Shown in pieces: positions 29,116 to 39,013 of a stretch of DNA of 64,000 nucleotides (position 1 is the stretch's first letter; each line of letters starts with the position of its first letter). Where the stretch lies: NCBI GenBank assembly GCA_949283935.1, contig CASDUJ010000034.1, positions 57,885 to 121,884 of the forward strand, given 5' to 3'. The translations under genes and the position numbers were made by a program. Source of the stretch: an uncultured bacterium. Its GTDB lineage: Bacteria; Cyanobacteriota; Vampirovibrionia; Gastranaerophilales; JAILCC01. The notes beneath the pieces were generated by a model. It made no database searches, was not told the origin of the DNA, and saw only the letters and a program-made list of their open reading frames with translations.

Positions 29116-30455
29116 TTTTCCCTAATTATCTCCAATATTTGCTCAAATTTCATTCCCCTAGAGGCTTTGAGAAAAATTAATGTATTTTCATCCATAATAT
29201 TAACCAAAAAATCTGCCGCCTCTTGTGTTTTCGTAAAAATCTTTTTTGGTATTTTAGATATTTCACCTGCTGATATTTTAGCAAGTTTACCAATCGAAAT
29301 AAAATAGTTTACATTTAAACCATTAATAAATTTTCCAATTTTTTTGTGATAAAACTCTTCGAAATCTCCAAGTTCAAACATATCTCCAAAAACAATTATA
29401 ATTTTTTTATTTTTATAAATTTCACAAACATTTTTTATTGAAGCTTCAACTGAATCAGGATTAGCATTGTAACAATCACTTACTACAATTGTTCCATTTG
29501 ACAATTTTGTAATTTCATTTCTGTATTCGATGTTTTTAAATGTCAAAAGTCCTTTTTGAATTTCTTCATTAGAAAAACCTTCAATTAATGCAATTTTAAT
29601 TGCGGCCAATGCATTTAAGATATCATAATCAGAATTTTGAGGAAATTCAAAAACAAAATTATTGTATTTAAATTTGCTTGAATTTTTATTTTTCTCTATT
29701 ATTTCTATGTCATTAAAACTGTAAAAAATTTTTTGGTAGTTTCCTTTTGGTAAATTTTCTTCTATTAAAGTATTTTCATTGGCAACTAAAACTGCTCTAT
29801 CAGAGAGATAATTAGCAATTTCACACTTGGCTTTTGCTATATTTTCTAAAGAACCTAATATACCTATATGAGCAGATCCTACATTAGTAATCAAAGCAAT
29901 ATCAGGTTTTGCAAAACTTGCCAGCAAATCTATTTCGCCTAAAGCTCTCATACCCATTTCAACAATACAATATTTAGTTTCAGGTTCTATTGCAAGCAAA
30001 GTTTGGCATAAGCCAATTTCATTGTTATGATTTTTGAGAGATTTTTGTGTTTTAAATTTTGAGCTAAAAATGCAATACAAAATTTCTTTAGTAGTTGTTT
30101 TTCCCGCAGAACCTGTTACCGCAATAATTTTTACATTTTGCTGCTTCTTATAAAATTCCGCAATTTGTAAATAAGCAATTGTCGTATCATCAACTACAAG
30201 AAGAGGTAACTTATTAAAAGTTGCTAAATTATGATTTTTATCAACTATCGCAAGTTTTGCCCCTTTTTCAAACGCTCTATCAACAAAATCGTGCCCATCA
30301 AAAACTTTTCCGCACAAAGCCAAATAAACATCACCAGTATTAATCAAGCGAGTATCTGTAGACAAAGAAACTTGCAAATTTTTATCAAAATCCCCAATTA
30401 ATTTACCTTTAGTAATATAAGCTAACTTTTCTATAGTAAAAACAGGTTTATACAT
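29112..30455 (-). CDS. murF: UDP-MurNAc-tripeptide:D-Ala-D-Ala ligase MurF
   Basis: Mur ligase P-loop GSAGKTTTKE, C-terminal domain, and first position in the dcw block. Confidence 0.9.
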   Translation of the reverse strand: MYKPVFTIEKLAYITKGKLIGDFDKNLQVSLSTDTRLINTGDVYLALCGKVFDGHDFVDRAFEKGAKLAIVDKNHNLATFNKLPLLVVDDTTIAYLQIAEFYKKQQNVKIIAVTGSAGKTTTKEILYCIFSSKFKTQKSLKNHNNEIGLCQTLLAIEPETKYCIVEMGMRALGEIDLLASFAKPDIALITNVGSAHIGILGSLENIAKAKCEIANYLSDRAVLVANENTLIEENLPKGNYQKIFYSFNDIEIIEKNKNSSKFKYNNFVFEFPQNSDYDILNALAAIKIALIEGFSNEEIQKGLLTFKNIEYRNEITKLSNGTIVVSDCYNANPDSVEASIKNVCEIYKNKKIIIVFGDMFELGDFEEFYHKKIGKFINGLNVNYFISIGKLAKISAGEISKIPKKIFTKTQEAADFLVNIMDENTLIFLKASRGMKFEQILEIIREK

Positions 30456-30598
30456 TTAAAAATCTTCTTCAAAACTTCAGTAAAATTTTATAAAAAACAA
30501 AAAATAAGGTAAAGCTAAAAATATTTGGGAACAAGAAATACTAGACTTAATTTACCCAAAAACTTGTAAACATTACGAACATGTAATAAAATAAGGCT

Positions 30599-31255
30599 AT
30601 GAAAAAACTTAAAAGTAAAAAAGGATTTACAATAGCCGAGCTAACAATCGCAATGATGCTTGTAGCTGGAATTGCAATGATTTTAATGCCAACTTTAGTA
30701 GCAGATAATGAAAAACAAGTATTTGCTACTTCCTTAAACAAAATTTATACCCAACTGCAACAAACAAATCAAGCCATTGGTTTGTTAAAGGCACAAGGGA
30801 AAATACAACCAGGAATAAGTGCTATCAATATGTACAAAGAAGCAATATCTTTATCAATGAAAACCGTTGCAAACAAAAAAGAGCAATATTTGGAAGGTTA
30901 CTATCCTAAATTACCTGCATATTCCAAAATGGATTTTAGTACAGAAAAAAACACTAATTCTGATGACATAATTATACTTAAAAATGGTGTGTTTATTTAT
31001 TTTGATGCAGAAAATAATTTAATTGTAGACGTTAATGGCCGTAAACAACCAAACACAACAGGACAAGATATTTTTTATTTTACAATTACAGAAAGTCTTG
31101 ATGGTTCGACACAAATTACCCCCAAAGGAGATGATGCATCTTGTCCAAGCAAAAAAGAAAACAAAGATTTTTGTTCTTCTCAACCTAGTTCTTGTGATGG
31201 TTGTGCATTTAGAATCTTGCAAGGAGATGGTAACGGAAAAATTGATTATTTTTAA
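30599..31255 (+). CDS. Prepilin-type N-terminal cleavage/methylation domain protein (type IV pilin-like), 218 aa
   Basis: Leader MKKLKSKKG|FTIAELTIAMMLVAGIAMIL (G|F..E processing site plus hydrophobic helix). Cys-rich C-terminus (C..C..C..C). Confidence 0.75.
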   Translation: MKKLKSKKGFTIAELTIAMMLVAGIAMILMPTLVADNEKQVFATSLNKIYTQLQQTNQAIGLLKAQGKIQPGISAINMYKEAISLSMKTVANKKEQYLEGYYPKLPAYSKMDFSTEKNTNSDDIIILKNGVFIYFDAENNLIVDVNGRKQPNTTGQDIFYFTITESLDGSTQITPKGDDASCPSKKENKDFCSSQPSSCDGCAFRILQGDGNGKIDYF

Positions 31256-31266
31256 GAGGAAGTATT

Positions 31267-31893
31267 ATGCAAAAATATAAAGGTTTTAATTTTGTAGAAC
31301 TTATGTTAGTGATGGTTGTTCTTGGAGTAATTATAACTCTAACAATGCCTTTGTTGAAAAACATTAAAGATGATGATGACATATATCGAGCATACATGAA
31401 AAAGGCGAACCAAGACATTACAGACACAATATCTATGTCTCTTATTAAGAATCGTGCTTTTACAGGATTTGATAAATTAGGAAAAATCTCTTACATAACC
31501 GGAGCCAGTGGATATACAGCTGATTCAACTGGAATCAGAACAGCTATAGAAACTGCAATTAATGGTACCCAATGCACAGGATATAGTGCTAACAATTCTG
31601 ATACTTCTTGCGTTGATAATGAAAACAAACTTATTTTCAAAAAAGGCGAAACTGTTATTGATACACTCGAAAATAGTACCCCAGGAATATTATTAGCAGG
31701 CAAGTCTGTTATGCTTTTTGTATACGAACATACTGATGTTGCAGATGATTCTACAGAAAATGAAGAAAGTTTTGGTTATATATACATCGATATGAACGGA
31801 AACAAATCGCCTAATGAACTTTGTAAAGACAGATATAAATTTCAGTTATACAAAGACCGCGCAGTTATGACTGATTGCGACTTGGCACTTTAA
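31267..31893 (+). CDS. Prepilin-type N-terminal domain protein (type IV pilin-like), 208 aa
   Basis: MQKYKG|FNFVELMLVMVVLGVIITL. It shares the D.NG.K.PN motif with the upstream gene. Four or more Cys in the globular part. Confidence 0.7.
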   Translation: MQKYKGFNFVELMLVMVVLGVIITLTMPLLKNIKDDDDIYRAYMKKANQDITDTISMSLIKNRAFTGFDKLGKISYITGASGYTADSTGIRTAIETAINGTQCTGYSANNSDTSCVDNENKLIFKKGETVIDTLENSTPGILLAGKSVMLFVYEHTDVADDSTENEESFGYIYIDMNGNKSPNELCKDRYKFQLYKDRAVMTDCDLAL

Positions 31894-33093
31894 TTAAAGT
31901 ACTAAAAATTCGATTAATTGTAAAACTTTTATATTAGAATTTTGTTCTAACAGTCCTTGTTTTAAACCTAAATAACAAGAAGGACAAGATGTAAGAACTA
32001 TTTGTGCATTAGAAGCAATAATATCTTTTGCTTTATTTTTACTAATTTTACGAGATAAAACTGGATGAGTACAAAGAAAACTCCCGGCAGCTCCACAGCA
32101 TGCATCAGCATTTTTTGCTTCTACAAAGGTTATGTTAGAGATTTTATTAATTATTTTTCGCATTATTTTTTTATCTTCAGTAAATCTTGTATGACAAGGA
32201 TAATGGCAAGTAACCACACTATTTTTCCATTTTTTACGAGGTTCATAATTAATAATATCCAAAATTTCGTAAATACTTTTACATTTATTTTTTAATTCTA
32301 ATGCTTTAATTTTGTAATCACCTTCTAAATATTTGCTATATTCCAAAAATGTATTTTTGCAACTTTGGCAATCAAAAATCAAATAATCAAAAACTTGTGG
32401 CAAGCTATCAATATTAGTTCTCGCTATTTTTACAAACGTTTCCATGTCGCCGGCAGATTTTAATGGAAGTCCGCAACAATTAAAAGAAGAAGTTATTATT
32501 TCCACATTTGTTTTGTCAAAAACTTTAAATACAGCATTAGAACAAGAAGGATTTAAATAGTTGTTAAAACAACCAGCGAAATAAACTACTTTTATTTCTT
32601 TTTTTACATTTGCAAATTTTTTCAAAGGCTTTATGTTTATTTTTAAAAATGATTTTAAAAGTTCAATACGTTTAAATTTAAAAATAGAAAGTATTTCCAA
32701 TATTTTTAAATTTCTAACTAATATCACAAAAAATTTAATTACTGTTAAATAAAATTTATTTCCAAAAACTTGAGCAAAAAATAATTTTCTAAAATCAAAA
32801 ATTCCCAATTCTAACATATCAGCCTGAGCAGTTTCAATTATTTTTTGCGCATCTATATCACTTGGACAAAATTCACTACAAGCACCGCAATGTAAGCAAA
32901 GATCCATAATTTCAAGTGTTCTTTTGGAAAATTTTATATCTTGATTAATAATTGAATTTAAAAGTTTAAATTTTCCTCGAGAAACAGCACATTCGGTTTG
33001 CAAAATTTTATATACAGGGCAAACACTTTGGCATAACCCACAACCGGAACATTTATAAATTTCTTCTTTGTACTCATTTATTTTCATAGTCAA
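31894..33093 (-). CDS. (Fe-S) oxidoreductase, GlcF/LutA-like (two 4Fe-4S motifs + CCG domains)
   Basis: CSGCGLCQSVCP and CLHCGACSEFCP ferredoxin motifs, with later CCG-type Cys clusters (CCGLP, CCGAAG). Overlaps the upstream FAD oxidase gene. Confidence 0.8.
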   Translation of the reverse strand: MTMKINEYKEEIYKCSGCGLCQSVCPVYKILQTECAVSRGKFKLLNSIINQDIKFSKRTLEIMDLCLHCGACSEFCPSDIDAQKIIETAQADMLELGIFDFRKLFFAQVFGNKFYLTVIKFFVILVRNLKILEILSIFKFKRIELLKSFLKINIKPLKKFANVKKEIKVVYFAGCFNNYLNPSCSNAVFKVFDKTNVEIITSSFNCCGLPLKSAGDMETFVKIARTNIDSLPQVFDYLIFDCQSCKNTFLEYSKYLEGDYKIKALELKNKCKSIYEILDIINYEPRKKWKNSVVTCHYPCHTRFTEDKKIMRKIINKISNITFVEAKNADACCGAAGSFLCTHPVLSRKISKNKAKDIIASNAQIVLTSCPSCYLGLKQGLLEQNSNIKVLQLIEFLVL

Positions 33094-34489
33094 ATATTTT
33101 TTGTGGATTCATAATATTTTTAGGATCAAAAATAGACTTAATTTGCTTCATATACTTAAGAGTGGTTGTATCAACACTATATTTCAAATATTTTGCTTTT
33201 GCACTTCCTATTCCATGTTCACCAGAAATTTTTCCGCCTAAATTAATAGCAGAAAGAAACAATTCTTTTATTGCAGCATTTACTCTTTCAGCTTCCTGTC
33301 TATCTCGCATATCAAAAGCTATGTGAGGATGAAAATTACCATCTCCAGCATGTCCAACTATACTTATGTTAACATCAAATTTTTCGGCAATTTCGTACGT
33401 TTTCTTTATCATATCAGGCATTTTTGAACGTGGAACTACCATATCTTCAGACAAAACATTAGGACGTAATTTGGCTACTGCACCAAAAGAACTTCGTCTT
33501 GCTTTCCAAATTTTTTGCTTTTCTTCTTTTGTAGCAGAAATTTGTTGCTCACTTGCTCCAAAATCCAAACAAATTTGTTGAATAACATTTATTTGACTTT
33601 GAATATGAGCTTCATCTCCATCTACTTCTATAAACAATGCAGCATCATTATTTGTTAAAAATCCAGCATCACAATATTGCTCAATTATTTGCATTGTAGT
33701 TTTATCCATAATATCCAAAACCGAAGGTACTATTTTAGACATAATAATTGCATTTATTGCATTTGCCGCATCAGCTATCTTTTTAAAATAAACAAGCATT
33801 ACTTTGTTTTGTTCAGGCTTTGGAATCAAACGAAAAGTCGCCTCGGTTATTACTCCTAAAGTACCTTCAGAACCAACAAAAAGTTGCGTTAAATTATAAC
33901 CTGTAGCATTTTTTATTGTATTTGCTCCGGTTTTAATAATTTCTCCATTAGCTAAAACTATTGTCAAGTCAATTACATAATCTTTTGTTCCACCATATTT
34001 AAATGTACGTGAACCACTTGAAGATAAAGCCAATGACCCCCCTATAGTAGAAACTGCCAAATTTGAAGGATCGGGAGGATAAAAAAGCCCTTCTTTTTCA
34101 ACTATGTTTTGTAAATCTCCAACAATGACTCCTGTTTGAACTTTTATTGTTTGATTTTGGATGTCAAAATCTAAAATTTTATTCATTTTATTAATTGCAA
34201 GTACAATACCTCCTTTAAATGGAACACAGCAACCTGCCATGTTTGTCCCCGCACCACGCACAGTAATAGGAATATTGTTTTCATAAGCTATTTTGACAAT
34301 TTCACTTACTTGCACAGTATCAGCAGGGAACAAAATATAATCTGGCAAATACAAATCAATTCCAGCTGCAGTTGCATCTGTAGCATACATAATACAATCT
34401 TCTCTGGCAGTCAAAACATTTCCTTCGCCTAATATTTTTTCAAATTTTTTCTTCAATTTGGAATTAGTATTGTTAATAGTTTTAATCAT
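33074..34489 (-). CDS. FAD-linked oxidase (GlcD / D-lactate dehydrogenase family)
   Basis: 471 aa with a PCMH-type FAD-binding domain (ITVRGAGTNMAGC) and C-terminal GGKISGEHGIG. Confidence 0.85.
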   Translation of the reverse strand: MIKTINNTNSKLKKKFEKILGEGNVLTAREDCIMYATDATAAGIDLYLPDYILFPADTVQVSEIVKIAYENNIPITVRGAGTNMAGCCVPFKGGIVLAINKMNKILDFDIQNQTIKVQTGVIVGDLQNIVEKEGLFYPPDPSNLAVSTIGGSLALSSSGSRTFKYGGTKDYVIDLTIVLANGEIIKTGANTIKNATGYNLTQLFVGSEGTLGVITEATFRLIPKPEQNKVMLVYFKKIADAANAINAIIMSKIVPSVLDIMDKTTMQIIEQYCDAGFLTNNDAALFIEVDGDEAHIQSQINVIQQICLDFGASEQQISATKEEKQKIWKARRSSFGAVAKLRPNVLSEDMVVPRSKMPDMIKKTYEIAEKFDVNISIVGHAGDGNFHPHIAFDMRDRQEAERVNAAIKELFLSAINLGGKISGEHGIGSAKAKYLKYSVDTTTLKYMKQIKSIFDPKNIMNPQKIFDYENK

Positions 34490-34492
34490 AGC

Positions 34493-34834
34493 TTAACCTG
34501 GAGGCCAAAGCATAGGACGTCCTGCAAGCAAATGTATATGCATGTGGAAAACTTCCTGTCCGGCCTCTTTTTTTGTATTAATAATTGTTCTGTATCCGTT
34601 TTTTGCATTTTTAATTTTTGCAACTTCTTTAACTGCCAACATTAATTTTCCTAAAAGTTTTATATCGTTAATATCTTCAAGAGTTTCGAAATGCATTTTG
34701 GGAATAATTAAAGTATGGATAGGAGCTTGAGGATTTAAATCATCAAATGCAACTATTTCATCTGTTTCATAAACAAAATTGCAAGGAATTTGTCCATTTG
34801 CAATTTTACAAAAAATACAGTCCTCTTTAATCAT
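34493..34834 (-). CDS. HIT-family nucleotide hydrolase
   Basis: 113 aa. CIFCKI N-terminus and histidine triad HMHIHLL. Confidence 0.9.
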   Translation of the reverse strand: MIKEDCIFCKIANGQIPCNFVYETDEIVAFDDLNPQAPIHTLIIPKMHFETLEDINDIKLLGKLMLAVKEVAKIKNAKNGYRTIINTKKEAGQEVFHMHIHLLAGRPMLWPPG

Positions 34835-35015
34835 ATTTCAACCTCTTCAGCAATTTTAATTAATTTTATCACAAAAAAAATGTAATTTTTACAACATTAT
34901 TTCAGGTTTTAAATTAATGCTAAATTTTATCCGCATAAATCTTAATATCCAACTATTTTTAAAATATACCCTTTTGGCTAATGAAAAAAACAAATTACAT
35001 TACTAATTTATATAT

Positions 35016-36323
35016 ATGTGCATTAACAAATTACTAAAAGCCTTAGGCGAAAATACAAAACTTACCCAAGACAAATTTACACAAGAAAAAACATTTAATG
35101 CATGTCAAAAAAAGTGGCTTGGAGGAATAATTCCATCAGAAATTTTGGCTAGAACTGTAAAAGATGCAATAAATTCATTAGTAACAATTTGCGAAAGTGG
35201 AGATTTTTATGAAACATTTCCAGAAAATGTTAAAACCCCAAACTACGGTGACAAATGGGGCAGAATAGCAAATTATATAGAAATTAATAACAGAGCCATC
35301 GCCGAAATGAACAGAGAAAAATGTTCTAAAGGAATATTAAGTTCAATTAAAATTTTGCCTGCAATTCCTCCTTCTGCAAAAAACTGGGCAAATTGCATTA
35401 TACTTTCACAAATTTTTCCCAACATATACGGAGATGGCTACAACAAGCCAATAAACGAAGAAAATTCAATTTACGGAATAAAAATAGGAGAAAATTATAG
35501 TCAAAACATTATAGATTTTTCTATTACAAATAAAATTACACCAGAAGAACAAATAAAAGCCTTTAATATTCTTGCCCATTTTCATGGATTAAAAACTGGT
35601 TTTAGAATAGTAATATCAGAAGATCAAATTAAAATATCTAACTATGGAAAAGAGGATGAAGCTTTTCACTGGAATAACAAAAAGCACCAAGAAATTTTCA
35701 TCAACGAATGTGTAAAATTAATAAACTTAGGCTTTGAGGCAATATTTATAGATTCTGCAAAACACATAGGCAATTATGACATGGAAAACTACAGCGGAGT
35801 AGGCGCTTTACCTGAATATAAACAAATGCAATATATTATCCACGAAATAAGATCTCGTAGTAACAAAACCACAATAAGCATTGTAGGAGAAAAAATAACA
35901 GAAGATATTGAATATTTTAAAAATTTGGGATTTACTACAGGAACTTCAAGAAGTGCAGAAAATTTTGAAGAAATTAAAAGCAAAGCTATTGAATACAAAT
36001 ACCAAAAAGAATACGCCCCCGGAATAGAAGTTTCCAACGACAACGACGAAGGAGGAAGAAATTACGAAGAAAGGCTTCAAAAGATAAATACATCTTTATT
36101 TGGCTACGAATTTCCAAGTGACAAACTAGCAAGTTTTATGCAAATGGATGATTTATTTCCACTAAGGCACGATATAAATACTCATTTGTTAATGCTTAGC
36201 AACCCATCATTTTCAACAGATGGCTCAGCCAAAAGTCACTGGGAAAACCTTTTTGCCAAAGAGGAAGGAAAAAATTATAACCAAAAAGTAGGAGAATTAT
36301 TTGCGTATTCTTTATGCTTGTAA
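35016..36323 (+). CDS. Hypothetical protein with possible divergent alpha-amylase-family (GH13-like) catalytic motifs
   Basis: 435 aa. GFEAIFIDSAKHIG resembles GH13 region II (GFR.D..KH). ISIVGEK resembles region III (acid/base Glu). FPLRHD resembles region IV. No SD; the ATG is directly preceded by an AT-rich TATA-like run. Confidence 0.4.
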   Translation: MCINKLLKALGENTKLTQDKFTQEKTFNACQKKWLGGIIPSEILARTVKDAINSLVTICESGDFYETFPENVKTPNYGDKWGRIANYIEINNRAIAEMNREKCSKGILSSIKILPAIPPSAKNWANCIILSQIFPNIYGDGYNKPINEENSIYGIKIGENYSQNIIDFSITNKITPEEQIKAFNILAHFHGLKTGFRIVISEDQIKISNYGKEDEAFHWNNKKHQEIFINECVKLINLGFEAIFIDSAKHIGNYDMENYSGVGALPEYKQMQYIIHEIRSRSNKTTISIVGEKITEDIEYFKNLGFTTGTSRSAENFEEIKSKAIEYKYQKEYAPGIEVSNDNDEGGRNYEERLQKINTSLFGYEFPSDKLASFMQMDDLFPLRHDINTHLLMLSNPSFSTDGSAKSHWENLFAKEEGKNYNQKVGELFAYSLCL

Positions 36324-36435
36324 TAAATTGCCAATAATTTTTTGGAAAATTTCTTTTTTGTGAAGTATTTTTTACAACTTGAACTAATACAAAGTTAATT
36401 ATATAATTGTGGTTGGAGATTGTATTTGGGGAATT

Positions 36436-37575
36436 ATGATTAGTAGCAAAAAGTATAAGTACGAAACTTATACATCAGAATATAGACTTACGCAAAAGCC
36501 ACAAACAAAATTAAAAGGACTTCCGAAAAAAAGATTTACTAACAAAATAAATTTTCCAAAAGTTATTTTACTTGTTTTATTGCTTGTATTGGTTATTTGG
36601 CCGGCTAGTCAAAAAATTTACGATTATACTCTGATTAACAAGATTAAAAATACCAACATACAAATAAACGCAAATAATATTGCAAATCAAGCTGAAAAAC
36701 TTTTATCAAATTCTATTCTTTTTAATCGAAAATTCATTGGTCAAGTAGCCCAAAAACATTCGCAAATGCTTCCATTAGAATTGAATAATGAAATGAATAC
36801 TTTACATTCTAACATTCAATACCTACTTAACCAATATCCTAATTTGATAGCAGGTATTTTTGTATGGGACTACCAAACAAAAAATTATTTGAGTATAAAT
36901 GGAGATATGCAAATTCCAGCAGCAAGCATAATAAAAATTCCCATCTTACTTCAAATGTTCAAAAGAATAGAAAGAGGAAACCTTTCTTTATACGAAAAAT
37001 TCAAAATGACTTCTTATTACAGAACAGGAGGCTCAGGTTATTTACAATACAGACCGGAAAATGCTGAATTTGAAATGAATGAACTCGCCAACTATATGAT
37101 AAGAACAAGCGACAATACAGCCACAAATATGATTTTATCAGCTGTAGGAGGCGCACACGAAATGAATATGGCTTTACGCAATTGGGGTTTTGCCAAAACT
37201 TATATAAAAACATGGCTTCCTGATTTATACGGAACAAATGTTACCACCCCAAAAGATATGGCAACCATATTGTATAATTCAGACAATCCCGATTTTCTTT
37301 CTTTGGAAAACAGATCGAAAATTGTAGAAATTATGAGCAAAGTCAAAAACACAAGTCTTTTAAAACAAGGTATTCCAGATAATGCACAATTAATTCATAA
37401 AACAGGCGATATAGGTGAAATGCTGGGAGATGCAGGTATAGTAACAATGCCTGACGGACGCAGATATATTATTACCGTTATGGTAAAAAGGAAATGGAAT
37501 GATTATTCAGCCAGAACCTTGATTAACCAAATATCATCAACAGTATACAATTCATTTGCAACAAACAATTTGTAG
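36436..37575 (+). CDS. Membrane-anchored class A beta-lactamase-family serine hydrolase
   Basis: Start moved to ATG 36436 (GGGGA SD). N-terminal TM VILLVLLLVLVIW. All three class A motifs are present: SIIK (S-x-x-K), SDN, KTG. Confidence 0.75.
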   Translation: MISSKKYKYETYTSEYRLTQKPQTKLKGLPKKRFTNKINFPKVILLVLLLVLVIWPASQKIYDYTLINKIKNTNIQINANNIANQAEKLLSNSILFNRKFIGQVAQKHSQMLPLELNNEMNTLHSNIQYLLNQYPNLIAGIFVWDYQTKNYLSINGDMQIPAASIIKIPILLQMFKRIERGNLSLYEKFKMTSYYRTGGSGYLQYRPENAEFEMNELANYMIRTSDNTATNMILSAVGGAHEMNMALRNWGFAKTYIKTWLPDLYGTNVTTPKDMATILYNSDNPDFLSLENRSKIVEIMSKVKNTSLLKQGIPDNAQLIHKTGDIGEMLGDAGIVTMPDGRRYIITVMVKRKWNDYSARTLINQISSTVYNSFATNNL

Positions 37576-37597
37576 TTATACAGCAGGAGGAAGTTTA

Positions 37598-39013
37598 ATG
37601 TACGCAATAATTTTAGCAGGAGGAAGTGGTTCGAGACTTTGGCCTATAAGTCGAGAATTTTACCCAAAACAACTTTTAAAGTTAACCGACCATAACAGTT
37701 TACTTCAAGCTACATATTTGCGTTTAACATCATTTTTGGAACCCGAAAAAATAATACTTAGTACAAACATAGAACTTGCCGCAAATGTAAAAATACAACT
37801 GGACAAACTTACTAATGAAAAGAATATTTTGTCAGAACCTATTTCAAAAGACACAGCTCCTGCAATTGCTTGCGCAGTAAAATACATAGAAACACTTTCA
37901 AAATCAAAAGACGAAGTTATAATAGCCGTACCATCAGATCACGTAATAAAAGACATCTCAGCATATGCAAATTGCATAAAAAAGGCAGAAAAACTCGCAA
38001 AAGAAGGATACATAGTAACATTTGGAATAAAGACAAACGATCCTGATACAGGTTATGGCTACATAGGAACTCAAAAAGACGAATCAATAGAAAAGATATG
38101 TAAAACAGCATTAAAAGGATGTGAATTTAAAGAAAAACCTGACGAAAAAACTGCCAAAGAATATATAGAAAAGGGAGGATATTATTGGAACAGTGGAATG
38201 TTTATGTTTACAATATCTTCATTTAAAAAGCAAATGGCCAAATATATGCCAGAAATAGCTACTATTTTAGAAGAAATAAATTTTAGCAATTCGTCATCAA
38301 TTTCATTTATGTCATATGAAAAAATGCCAAATATTTCCATAGATTACGCTCTTATGGAAAAAACTGACCAAATAGTTTTAGTTCCCTTAGAAAGTGATTG
38401 GAAAGACTTAGGCTCTTGGGAAGCAATATATGATGTGCAAGAAAAAGACACCCATGGTAATGTTATCGCAGGCAAAGTTATTGCAAAAGAGAGCAAAAAT
38501 TCTTTGATATACAGTAACTCAAAACTTGTAAGTACAATAGGAATAAACAATTTAGTTGTAGTTGAGACTTCTGATGCAGTTTTAGTATGTGACAAAAGCA
38601 AAACACAAACAGTAAAAGATTTATACAATGATTTAAAGAAAACAAACAATGACATATACATGGTTCACAAAACTGTATATAGGCCTTGGGGATTCTACAA
38701 ATGTTTAGAGCAAGGAGAGGGATTTTTAACAAAATTAATACACGTATCTCCAAGACAACAACTAAGTTACCAAATGCATAATTTCAGAAGTGAACATTGG
38801 GTAGTTTTGTCAGGGAAAGCCAAAATTTTACTAGAAGACAAAGAATATGTTTTAAATCCCGGACAAAGTATTGATATTCCATTAAAAGCCAAACATTCTT
38901 TACAAAATCCATTTTTCGAAGATTTAGAAATAATAGAAGTACAACTTGGAAACAAATTAATTGAAGAAGATATAATAAGATTCCAAGATATATACGGAAG
39001 GGAAAATAAATGA
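37598..39013 (+). CDS. manC: Mannose-1-phosphate guanylyltransferase / mannose-6-phosphate isomerase
   Basis: Start moved to MYAIILAGGSGSRLWP (AGGAGGAAG SD). Nucleotidyltransferase N-domain plus C-terminal cupin (SYQMH..RSEHWVV..G). Confidence 0.9.
   Translation: MYAIILAGGSGSRLWPISREFYPKQLLKLTDHNSLLQATYLRLTSFLEPEKIILSTNIELAANVKIQLDKLTNEKNILSEPISKDTAPAIACAVKYIETLSKSKDEVIIAVPSDHVIKDISAYANCIKKAEKLAKEGYIVTFGIKTNDPDTGYGYIGTQKDESIEKICKTALKGCEFKEKPDEKTAKEYIEKGGYYWNSGMFMFTISSFKKQMAKYMPEIATILEEINFSNSSSISFMSYEKMPNISIDYALMEKTDQIVLVPLESDWKDLGSWEAIYDVQEKDTHGNVIAGKVIAKESKNSLIYSNSKLVSTIGINNLVVVETSDAVLVCDKSKTQTVKDLYNDLKKTNNDIYMVHKTVYRPWGFYKCLEQGEGFLTKLIHVSPRQQLSYQMHNFRSEHWVVLSGKAKILLEDKEYVLNPGQSIDIPLKAKHSLQNPFFEDLEIIEVQLGNKLIEEDIIRFQDIYGRENK

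Noticed and set aside
31035-31280. 81-aa ORF bridging the two pilin-like genes
   Set aside because: It is out of frame within the first pilin gene, has no SD, and shows a basic, low-complexity translation.
39010-39013. Expectation of a T-box leader upstream of hisS
   Set aside because: The hisS start overlaps the manC stop (ATGA), leaving no leader. hisS is co-transcribed with manC here.
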